Shown here piece after piece: positions 55,470 through 62,683 of a DNA stretch of 64,000 nt. The notes under the pieces are model-generated. The model searched no databases. It worked only from the letters and a program-made list of their open reading frames with translations, and was not told the origin of the DNA. Source of the DNA: a virus. A program made the position numbers and the translations under genes. Numbering within the stretch: the stretch's first letter is position 1; each line of letters starts with the position of its first letter. The stretch lies in IMG/VR virus record IMGVR_UViG_3300043570_001741, positions 32,001 through 96,000 of that record; one strand, 5' to 3'.

Positions 55470-55495
55470 GTTCTTTAAAAATTTGTAGAGTTAAT
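55470..55495 (+). promoter_or_regulatory. boxA-like site plus leader strand of a long-range helix
   Basis: GTTCTTTAAAAA; 55477-55495 is the exact reverse complement of 58100-58118. Confidence 0.7.
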
Positions 55496-55499
55496 ATAT

Positions 55500-55573
55500 T
55501 CCCGAATGGTGTAGTGGTAGCACAGCAGACTTTGACTCTGTTAGTATAAGTTCGATTCTTATTTCGGGTGCCA
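55500..55573 (+). tRNA. tRNA-Gln(TTG)
   Basis: Cloverleaf, loop CTTTGAC, CCA. Confidence 0.9.
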
Positions 55574-55606
55574 TATAAAAACATATTGTGAAGTGTGTTT
55601 CTATAT

Positions 55607-55694
55607 GGAAGTGTGGTCGAGTGGTCTATGGCTCTAGTCTTGAAAACTAGCGATTCGAAAGGATCCGTGAGTTCGAATCTCACCGCTTCCGCCA
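55607..55694 (+). tRNA. tRNA-Ser(TGA)
   Basis: Long variable arm, loop CTTGAAA, GCCA. Confidence 0.93.
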
Positions 55695-55698
55695 AATT

Positions 55699-55787
55699 GG
55701 AGAGTGGGCAGGATGGTAATGCAGCAGATTGCTAATCTGTCATCGGATTAAACCGGTGAGTGGGTTCGATTCCCACACTCTCCGCCA
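55699..55787 (+). tRNA. tRNA-Ser(GCT)
   Basis: Long variable arm, loop TTGCTAA, GCCA. Confidence 0.92.
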
Positions 55788-55788
55788 T

Positions 55789-55864
55789 GTAGGTGTGACC
55801 TGAAAGGCTAGGGAGCGGATTGCAAATCCGTATAATGCAGGTTCGAGTCCTGTCACCTACTCCA
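55789..55864 (+). tRNA. tRNA-Cys(GCA)
   Basis: Loop TTGCAAA, U73, CCA. Confidence 0.92.
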
Positions 55865-55882
55865 TTTGAAAACAAAAGTATT

Positions 55883-55978
55883 GTTGTATAAAAACAACGA
55901 TGCTAAAATAGTTGTTGACTAAATGTGTGGTTCATGTATAATACACACATGTTATTTAAAAAGTTGTAGAGTTAATTT
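55883..55978 (+). promoter_or_regulatory. Internal tRNA-array promoter P2 with palindrome, boxA-like site and second copy of the leader strand
   Basis: GTTG-N8-CAAC 55883-98; TTGACT-16-TATAAT; GTTATTTAAAAA 55951; TTGTAGAGTTAAT 55964. Confidence 0.7.
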
Positions 55979-55980
55979 TT

Positions 55981-56055
55981 GCTCCGTTCGTCTATCGGTT
56001 AGGACGCTGCCCTTTCAAGGCGGAAAGACCAGTTCGATTCTGGTACGGAGTACCA
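55981..56055 (+). tRNA. tRNA-Glu(TTC)
   Basis: Loop CTTTCAA, CCA. Confidence 0.92.
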
Positions 56056-56176
56056 TTTGTTTTGCTGACGTAAGCGCCTGAGTAAACGTCAACTCTAACT
56101 AACTATGTACATAAACGGTAATGCTGCAGCTAATTCCGTTGAGCATAGCAAATAGTGCGTCAGCAAAACAAATGGT
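56052..56176 (+). ncRNA. Unknown structured RNA closed by a 19-bp perfect stem
   Basis: ACCATTTGTTTTGCTGACG pairs with CGTCAGCAAAACAAATGGT; inner arm CTATG/CATAG and AACGG/CCGTT. Confidence 0.65.
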
Positions 56177-56181
56177 TGTTT

Positions 56182-56256
56182 GGAGGCATAACTTAACGGC
56201 TAAAGTAACTGGCTTTTAACCAGTAAATCAGAGTTCGATTCTCTGTGCCTCTACCA
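56182..56256 (+). tRNA. tRNA-Lys(TTT)
   Basis: Loop CTTTTAA, CCA. Confidence 0.92.
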
Positions 56257-56265
56257 GTAGAATTT

Positions 56266-56350
56266 GGAGATGCCGCCGTAATGGTATGGCAGGAGACTGT
56301 AAATCTTCCGACTTAGGTCACAATAGGTTCGATCCCTATCATCTCCACCA
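56266..56350 (+). tRNA. tRNA-Tyr(GTA)
   Basis: Variable arm, loop CTGTAAA, CCA. Confidence 0.92.
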
Positions 56351-56354
56351 AATT

Positions 56355-56429
56355 GGTTTCAAAGTGTTCACGGACGCACGCTAGCTTGTCACGCTAGAAG
56401 AAGGGGATCGTTACCCCTTGAGACCGCCA
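56355..56429 (+). tRNA. tRNA-Asp(GTC)
   Basis: Loop TTGTCAC, G73; atypical T-loop ATCGTTA. Confidence 0.85.
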
Positions 56430-56438
56430 AGTTTTTAT

Positions 56439-56513
56439 TCCACAGTAGCACAGCGGTAGTGCAGTTGACTGTTAATCAATTGGTCGTAGGTTCGATCCCT
56501 GCCTGTGGAGCCA
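56439..56513 (+). tRNA. tRNA-Asn(GTT)
   Basis: Loop CTGTTAA, GCCA. Confidence 0.93.
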
Positions 56514-56518
56514 ATATC

Positions 56519-56595
56519 GGGGACGTGATGGAATTGGTATACGTGTTGGTCTTAGAAGCCAAATTTTGTGAGTTCGAGTCTCACCGTCCCCACCA
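56519..56595 (+). tRNA. tRNA-Leu(TAG) lacking the long variable arm
   Basis: Loop CTTAGAA, Leu-type D-loop, A73, 77 nt. Confidence 0.88.
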
Positions 56596-56599
56596 ATTT

Positions 56600-56673
56600 G
56601 CCCTTTTAGTATAATGGTATTACGCCTGTTTTGTAATCAGGTTACGGCAGTTCGATTCTGTCAAGGGGCACCA
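56600..56673 (+). tRNA. tRNA-Thr(TGT)
   Basis: Loop TTTGTAA, CCA. Confidence 0.92.
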
Positions 56674-56678
56674 ATTTT

Positions 56679-56752
56679 CTCGGTATAGTTTAATGGTAGA
56701 ATTCGTGGTTTGGGACCATGTGATGGAAGTTCGATTCTTCCTACCGAGACCA
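56679..56752 (+). tRNA. tRNA-Pro(TGG)
   Basis: Loop TTTGGGA, C1:G72, CCA. Confidence 0.92.
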
Positions 56753-56757
56753 GTTAT

Positions 56758-56831
56758 GGGGAATTAGTATAATGGGATTACGGCAGCTTTGCAAGTTGTT
56801 TATGGGAGTTCGATTCTCCCATTCTCCACCA
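56758..56831 (+). tRNA. tRNA-Ala(TGC)
   Basis: G3:U70, loop TTTGCAA. Confidence 0.92.
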
Positions 56832-56835
56832 TTCA

Positions 56836-56910
56836 GGTTCAGTAGCACAGCGGTAGTGCAATTGCTTCATACGCAATAGGTCGTTGGCTCGAATCCAACC
56901 TGAACCACCA
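56836..56910 (+). tRNA. tRNA-Met(CAT), probably elongator
   Basis: Loop TTCATAC, CCA. Confidence 0.85.
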
Positions 56911-56916
56911 AGTTAC

Positions 56917-56991
56917 GGGCGATTAGTAAAATGAATATTACACAAGGCTACGAACCTTGAAGTGGGAGTTTGATTCTCTCATCGCCCTCCA
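56917..56991 (+). tRNA. tRNA-Arg(ACG)
   Basis: Loop CTACGAA, CCA. Confidence 0.88.
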
Positions 56992-56992
56992 G

Positions 56993-57192
56993 AACCAGCT
57001 AAGGTAACGCTTGGCTACTGTGACACGCAGGAAGTGAAGTGAGTTCGTTACTCAAGTGTGGTACTACTCTTACCGAAGTAGCGTTGGCAATACGAGAATT
57101 CTTTTTGGTCGGGAAGCGGGTGGAAGGTACATGGGAGAGGTATGATAGCGTCATATCTTTTCGTACTATAATTACCGCCGCAGAAAGAAAGC
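56993..57192 (+). ncRNA. Unknown ~200-nt multi-hairpin RNA within the tRNA array
   Basis: GC-rich; at least five small hairpins plus a long nested arm at about 57108-57189. Confidence 0.65.
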
Positions 57193-57195
57193 AAT

Positions 57196-57270
57196 GCCGT
57201 TGTAGCTCAGAGGAAGAGCATTCGCTTGATAAGCGAAAGGCCGACATTTCGAAATTGTCCAACGGTACCA
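57196..57270 (+). tRNA. tRNA-Ile(GAT)
   Basis: Loop TTGATAA, CCA. Confidence 0.9.
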
Positions 57271-57275
57271 ATTTT

Positions 57276-57349
57276 ATCTCGCTGGTGTAATGGCAGCACG
57301 ATGGTCTCCAAAACCATTAGTCGGGGTTCGAGTCCCTGGCGGAATGCCA
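57276..57349 (+). tRNA. tRNA-Trp(CCA)
   Basis: Loop CTCCAAA, G73. Confidence 0.9.
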
Positions 57350-57368
57350 AGTTTTAAAGGTTGTCAAT

Positions 57369-57857
57369 ATGAAAAAATTCGATATAGAAGAAGTCAAACA
57401 GTTCCTTGCAAAACAAGGACCAAACACCAAAGTATATCTTGGTGCTGATTCAGAAAGAATCAGAGTGAATGAAGTTTGGTATGCTGACTACGCTTTAGCT
57501 GTTGTAGTTCATATTGATGGTTGTCATGGTTGTAAGATTTTTGGTTTTGTTGACCGTGAATTAGATTACGACCATAAAAAAAGTAAACCTGCTATGCGTC
57601 TAATGACAGAGGTGTACAAGGTTTCAGAATTGTTCCAATCACTACAGGATGTGTTGGAAGATTATCATGTTGAAGTCCATTTGGACTTAAATAAATCAGA
57701 TGAGTTCGGTAGTTCTTGTGTTGTTCAGCAAGCAATTGGTTATATCAAAGGTACATGTAACATGACACCAATGGTTAAACCTGATGCACCTGCGGCTTCA
57801 TTCTGTGCAGACCGTTTAAAACGGATTCTAGCAGAACAAGAATTGTCAACTATATAA
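57369..57857 (+). CDS. YkuK/DUF458 RNase H-fold protein
   Basis: Y.G.DS, R...EV, EVHLD.N, KP.A.AAS..AD. Confidence 0.75.
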   Translation: MKKFDIEEVKQFLAKQGPNTKVYLGADSERIRVNEVWYADYALAVVVHIDGCHGCKIFGFVDRELDYDHKKSKPAMRLMTEVYKVSELFQSLQDVLEDYHVEVHLDLNKSDEFGSSCVVQQAIGYIKGTCNMTPMVKPDAPAASFCADRLKRILAEQELSTI

Positions 57858-57863
57858 AAATAT

Positions 57864-57937
57864 GCGGGATTAGTTTAGGGGCAAAACAGCAGATTTCCAA
57901 TCTTCGGTCATCGGTTCGATTCCGATATCCCGCTCCA
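57864..57937 (+). tRNA. tRNA-Gly(TCC)
   Basis: GCG...CGC U73 CCA, loop TTTCCAA. Confidence 0.9.
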
Positions 57938-57943
57938 GTCAAT

Positions 57944-58019
57944 GCAGTTGTTAGTGTAAAGGTTAACACCACGGATTGTGATTCCGTTAATATGGGTTCG
58001 ATTCCCATACTTCTGCCCA
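57944..58019 (+). tRNA. tRNA-His(GTG)
   Basis: G-1:C73, loop TTGTGAT; two U:U pairs in the acceptor stem. Confidence 0.87.
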
Positions 58020-58023
58020 ATTC

Positions 58024-58098
58024 ACATCGTTAGCTCAGCGGTAGAGCAGGGCCCTTACAAGGCCAAGGTCAAAAGTTCAATCCTTTTACGATGTACCA
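58024..58098 (+). tRNA. tRNA-Val(TAC)
   Basis: Loop CTTACAA, CCA. Confidence 0.92.
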
Positions 58099-58118
58099 AA
58101 TTAACTCTACAAATTTTT

Positions 58119-58193
58119 CTGGCCTTAGTATAATGGATAATACAGTTGCCTTCTAAGCAATCAATACAGGTTCGATTCCTGTAGGCCGGGCCA
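58119..58193 (+). tRNA. tRNA-Arg(TCT)
   Basis: Loop CTTCTAA, A20, GCCA. Confidence 0.92.
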
Positions 58194-58198
58194 ATTAC

Positions 58199-58274
58199 AC
58201 GCTTGTAGCTCAATGGTTAGAGCAGGAAACTCATAATTTCTTGGTTGGGGGTTCGAGTCCCTTCGAGCGTACCA
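58199..58274 (+). tRNA. tRNA(CAT), probably Ile2 (lysidine type)
   Basis: TAGCTCA.TGGTTAGAGCAGG...CTCATAA...CTTGGT resembles bacterial Ile2. Confidence 0.85.
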
Positions 58275-58284
58275 TATATAATTA

Positions 58285-59031
58285 ATGTCCGTGAAAAATC
58301 TAATCTTTTCATTTCTACTGTTAACAACAAATGCCTTTGGTGTGAGTTTAACTGCTCACACTTGGTTAGTTGCGGATGGTGACGGTAGAATCATACAAAG
58401 TGAAAATGGCCAAGAACTAAGGTCGATTGCCAGTATCACTAAACTTATGACTGCAATGGTCATAATAGATGCTGGTCAGAATCCAAAAGAGAAACTCGGA
58501 AATTTAACAAGAGAGCAACATATTCAAATGGCTCTTGTTATGTCAAGCAATGAATCTGCTATTACTTTATGTGATAATTATCCAGGTGGTAAATCAAGTT
58601 GTATTAGGGATATGAATTCTAAAGCTGTTGCTATGAATATGCCTAACACCAAATTTGTTGAAGCATCTGGACTAAGTCCGATGAATATCAGTACAGGAAA
58701 AGATTTGATTGAATTGGTGCTTGCTGCAAGTTATTATCCCGATATCATTCAGGCTAGTAAAACTGCTCAAGTGAAGATTCAAGTTAAAAAGAAGTGGTTC
58801 TTTTTCAACAATACGAATCCAATTATTGGTAAACGCCACGATTTCATAGTAAGTAAAACAGGATGGACAAATGCGGCCGGTGGTTGTATCGTAATGTTAT
58901 TGGATACTGATATTGGCCGCAGGCTTGTTGTGGTACTCGGTTCTAAGAATACTAGAACACGAATACCAGAAGCTGAGTTTATTGCTTTACAGAATAATTG
59001 GCAACCACAACCAAATACCTTGGCTCATTAA
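58285..59031 (+). CDS. Peptidase S11 D-Ala-D-Ala carboxy/endopeptidase (PbpG-like)
   Basis: Signal peptide; SITK, SSN and KTG motifs. Confidence 0.9.
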   Translation: MSVKNLIFSFLLLTTNAFGVSLTAHTWLVADGDGRIIQSENGQELRSIASITKLMTAMVIIDAGQNPKEKLGNLTREQHIQMALVMSSNESAITLCDNYPGGKSSCIRDMNSKAVAMNMPNTKFVEASGLSPMNISTGKDLIELVLAASYYPDIIQASKTAQVKIQVKKKWFFFNNTNPIIGKRHDFIVSKTGWTNAAGGCIVMLLDTDIGRRLVVVLGSKNTRTRIPEAEFIALQNNWQPQPNTLAH

Positions 59032-59535
59032 CAAAGCAGATAAAGCACCAACTACTATACTTGCCAAATACAATGCAGGTGCTACAGCTAAGATACTAGC
59101 TGATAATAGAACAATTGAAATCTGAAAACCTGATCCTGCAAATGTCATCCAAGGACCAGATTTGCGAATTTCATCACGTTCAGCTTCAAGTGCCTTTGCT
59201 TTAGCAAATAGTTCTTTTTTGCCTTCACCCGTTGCAGGTTCAGATTCATATCTATTGATTTTTGCAGTTAACTTATCTGCCTTCTCAAATTGTTTTCTGT
59301 CAATAGCATCATCTCTAGCCATTTCAGCAAGAGTCTGTTTAATTGATTTTGCCTGAAAGAATGCCCAAGTGTCATTAGCCTTAATTGTATTGTTCAGTAC
59401 CTTAGAACTATTGCCACTAGCAATATAAGTATTAATGGCCAACAAAGCAGCCAAAACGGTAATAAGCCATCCCGCTTTGTCTTTGATTTGTGCTTCTCTT
59501 TCGCTTCTACTAAGTGGTTTTTTTTCTTCCGCCAT
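58987..59535 (-). CDS. DUF4337-like membrane protein
   Basis: A.D.W.F.QAKSIKQ, QI.IVL.SASIL; AAGGAG RBS. Confidence 0.75.
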   Translation of the reverse strand: MAEEKKPLSRSEREAQIKDKAGWLITVLAALLAINTYIASGNSSKVLNNTIKANDTWAFFQAKSIKQTLAEMARDDAIDRKQFEKADKLTAKINRYESEPATGEGKKELFAKAKALEAERDEIRKSGPWMTFAGSGFQISIVLLSASILAVAPALYLASIVVGALSALLMSQGIWLWLPIIL

Positions 59536-59695
59536 TATCATCTCCTTTTGGTTGATAGTTCTTTCTTTCACGCCATTCTAAACATACCACTTTACGATTA
59601 TAAACATCACCTGTCCATGTCCATCGGATGCATTCGTGAGTTGGCCATCCATATGTCGTTGTATTTAGTGCTACTGCTAAAATAAAGGCAATCAT
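59510..59695 (-). CDS. Small secreted protein
   Basis: C.RWTWTGDVYNRKVVCLEW. Confidence 0.6.
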   Translation of the reverse strand: MIAFILAVALNTTTYGWPTHECIRWTWTGDVYNRKVVCLEWRERKNYQPKGDDNGGRKKTT

Positions 59696-60183
59696 CGAGT
59701 TAAAGCAAAGAAAGCTAAACCAACAATTGGAACAAGAATCATAAAGGTGCCAACGCCAATCAATGATAACATAATCAATTCAGCTATCTGTTCTTTTTTC
59801 TTTTTATCAGCAATTGCTTGTCTTCTAAGAAATTCTTTCTTCTCTTTAATTAATCTGGTTTGTTCAGACAACATTTCATCCCATATATCTCCATTGCCTG
59901 AATATATTAAAAGTTCTTTCAACTCTTTTGCATACATTCTAAGCTGCTTGGCCGCCATAGCAAGTTGCAAGGCTTGTTGACCAATTTGAGCATCTGTTTT
60001 ATTTGCATTGTCGGCTTTTATTTTATTAGCCGCGGCCAGCACATCATTACTAGCACTAAAAAATCTACTAAAGTCACCAATGATACCATTAATATCTTTA
60101 CCCATATTAATGGCAGCCTTGATGCCATTAACAGCACCCTGAGCAGTAGCAAATGCAACACTAATGCTTACAGGGTCTATCAT
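59692..60183 (-). CDS. Hypothetical protein with C-terminal TM segment
   Basis: MIDP.S...A, coiled coil, TM segment. Confidence 0.7.
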   Translation of the reverse strand: MIDPVSISVAFATAQGAVNGIKAAINMGKDINGIIGDFSRFFSASNDVLAAANKIKADNANKTDAQIGQQALQLAMAAKQLRMYAKELKELLIYSGNGDIWDEMLSEQTRLIKEKKEFLRRQAIADKKKKEQIAELIMLSLIGVGTFMILVPIVGLAFFALTR

Positions 60184-60184
60184 A

Positions 60185-60805
60185 TTACTTGTTAGCTAAA
60201 GGGTTATCAATAGCCTTTTGAATTTTGCTATCAACTTCTTTTTTGAGTGTCTCAACTTCACGGTTAATTTCTCTGCGAGCTGAGGTAAATTCACTGTTGA
60301 TTTCTTTGCGAGTTGTTTCCATATCCTTACGAATAGCGGCAGCTTCAGTTCTGGCTCTTTCTAGGTCTTCTCGAACTGCCTTACGCATATCACGCATTTC
60401 AGACTCAGTTTCACGTTGTGCATTTTTAACACTACGCTCAACCTGTTCGGTTACGGTTTCATTGCGGCGAATGTCATTCTTCAAATCAACTTTAATATCA
60501 CGAGTATAGTCTGCACCCTTTTGACTATTTTCTTCAATGACTGCTAGGCGTTTGTCAAATTCTGAAAGGTCTGGTGCTTCGTAGGAAGCAATCTTCTTTT
60601 TCATACCTTGATAGTCTTTGTAAACCTCAAAGGTACCATAAAGACCGCCTAGAGCGGATGAAACAAGAGTGAATGCAACCATTAGTTTGGCTGGTGTAAA
60701 TTCATACCCACCGATACTAATGACTGTATCTTTGCTTGCATACTTTTTTACTGCCGCTTCGGCTTCATCAATTTTAGCATTTACATTTTTGATTTCTTCT
60801 GCCAT
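60185..60805 (-). CDS. TM plus long coiled-coil protein
   Basis: GGLYG.FEVYKDY, ends A.DNPLAN. Confidence 0.7.
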   Translation of the reverse strand: MAEEIKNVNAKIDEAEAAVKKYASKDTVISIGGYEFTPAKLMVAFTLVSSALGGLYGTFEVYKDYQGMKKKIASYEAPDLSEFDKRLAVIEENSQKGADYTRDIKVDLKNDIRRNETVTEQVERSVKNAQRETESEMRDMRKAVREDLERARTEAAAIRKDMETTRKEINSEFTSARREINREVETLKKEVDSKIQKAIDNPLANK

Positions 60806-60814
60806 TTTCTTTCC

Positions 60815-62683
60815 TTATTTGTATTGTAAGTTGACTAATTCTTGGTGTAATCTATCAGAACTAAGTTGTCGCAAAACCATTACATTATCGATAACTTTTT
60901 GATCCTTGTAAACTTCTTTAGGTGGATAAAAAGTTGTGTCCCTTATAGTAAATGAATATAGCTCAAATCCTCTTGGTTGAGTAGCCATCGAGGCAATATC
61001 AACACCACTAGCTAAATCATTTGGTTGCACATTTCTATTAACCGATGGACCACGTTGTTCTATATTTGATTGCATCATTTCAAAATTTTGTTGCGTCATC
61101 ATCTCTGATAATGGATTACCAGGACGACTGGTACCACTAAAAGATGCTACTTGCATAGGAACTTCAACTTCAGTTTGCCGTATTGTAACTCTAGGTTGAT
61201 ACATTGCTACTGTTTGAGGTTGTTGATTGTTATTCAAAGACAATCCGTTATTGGTTGAATTGAAACCAAATGAATTGTTATTGACTGTGATTCCTGTTCC
61301 AGAACTATACTGGATTGACTGTGTGCTTGATTGTGTTGCCTGTATGTTTTGAAATGATTGTGTTGTTTGTTGTGTCGATTGTGTGGTTTGTTGTGTTTGA
61401 TTCAATTGCGTTGCCACTTGCATTGAAGATTGAGTTGTTTGACTAGAAAATTGTGCAGCTGCAGCCGCACTTGCTGAACTCATTTCATTCAATGAGGCAA
61501 TTGTAGATGTAACTGTTGCCTGTGATTGTTGTGTTGAACCCTCTACAACTTTGGCTGCATTTTGTACGGCCATTTGTTGAGTTGCTTTATCCTTCTCTTG
61601 TACAGATTTAATAATACTTAAAGCCTGACTTGTGGTCATTTTTGGACCATCATTGCTTTTTGCAGGTGATCCACTAGACGTTGGTCCAGAACTTGAAGCC
61701 GTTGCAGATTGTTGCGCTACTTGCGGAGGACCTCCAGCGGGTTGAGGACTTGTGGGTGCGGGACCTGCTTGTGTTGGACTAGGTTGTGCCGGATCCATTT
61801 GAGCAACGGATGGGTTTTGATTTACATCTTGAGTTTGCGATACTGGACCCTGTTGTGTAGGTGTAGAAACTTGTTGTGATGGTTGAATCGCAACATTGAT
61901 AGACTCAGGTAATGATTGTGTAGCAGTAGGCGTTGTATATGTGGTTGTAGGAATATAAGAAGTTGTAGGACTCAATATTGAATTTTTAATATTGGCTATG
62001 GCATATCCTGAACAAGTAGGGCTTGACAATGGATCAGCAATACAAGGATCAGGTTTAACTGAATACTTTAAACTGAAACTAACATTATAAATTTCAGGAC
62101 CGTAATTACCAGACCAGAAATTATTATCTCTACCTACAAAACCTACTTGTGCATTACCAAGGGTTGCTACTGTATATGGTGTTGTAAATGTTTCGCTAAA
62201 GTTAAACTGTGTCCAATTATATCGCCTGTTAGTTTGACTTGTGTAATCATAGTTAGCAACCTGATTACCAGTGCTCCCATACAATTTTACATATGCAGAC
62301 AAATAGTCTTGCCGGCCATCATCCCAACCGTTACCATTCTTAGCCATAAAACCAAAATTGAAACCGCTAAGTTGTACACCACTACCACCAATGGACAAAG
62401 CCTTGTTTATGCTAACAATTTGATTTAAATCTACAGTACCATACGAGAAGTTAATAACACCGTTTGGTCGTACACTAGGATTTGGCCCGCAGTTTCCAGG
62501 TTGACCATACTGAAAACACAATTGGTCAACGTACACACCATTATTCCATTTACTTGTCGTATCTGTAGGTGTACTACCGTAATTAATTAAATTGCCGGTA
62601 GTAGATATATCTTGACTGTTAGAATAACTTGTGAACAAGAACGCCGAGAACAGCGCCAATGCCAATTTTCTTATGAGTGTCAT
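60815..62683 (-). CDS. Large secreted protein with Q/S/T/P low-complexity stalk
   Basis: Signal peptide, beta-rich N-domain (G.D..FW.G.YGPE), DPC..DPL.SP.C.GY. Confidence 0.7.
   Translation of the reverse strand: MTLIRKLALALFSAFLFTSYSNSQDISTTGNLINYGSTPTDTTSKWNNGVYVDQLCFQYGQPGNCGPNPSVRPNGVINFSYGTVDLNQIVSINKALSIGGSGVQLSGFNFGFMAKNGNGWDDGRQDYLSAYVKLYGSTGNQVANYDYTSQTNRRYNWTQFNFSETFTTPYTVATLGNAQVGFVGRDNNFWSGNYGPEIYNVSFSLKYSVKPDPCIADPLSSPTCSGYAIANIKNSILSPTTSYIPTTTYTTPTATQSLPESINVAIQPSQQVSTPTQQGPVSQTQDVNQNPSVAQMDPAQPSPTQAGPAPTSPQPAGGPPQVAQQSATASSSGPTSSGSPAKSNDGPKMTTSQALSIIKSVQEKDKATQQMAVQNAAKVVEGSTQQSQATVTSTIASLNEMSSASAAAAAQFSSQTTQSSMQVATQLNQTQQTTQSTQQTTQSFQNIQATQSSTQSIQYSSGTGITVNNNSFGFNSTNNGLSLNNNQQPQTVAMYQPRVTIRQTEVEVPMQVASFSGTSRPGNPLSEMMTQQNFEMMQSNIEQRGPSVNRNVQPNDLASGVDIASMATQPRGFELYSFTIRDTTFYPPKEVYKDQKVIDNVMVLRQLSSDRLHQELVNLQYK

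Noticed and set aside
55408-57290. ORFs 55408-55695(-), 56999-57271(-) and 57039-57290(+)
   Set aside because: They overlap clear tRNA or structured RNA sequence and have no RBS; these are shadow ORFs.
54647-58274. Stop-codon reassignment or suppressor tRNA
   Set aside because: No CTA, TTA or TCA anticodon was found, and core genes are intact in code 11.
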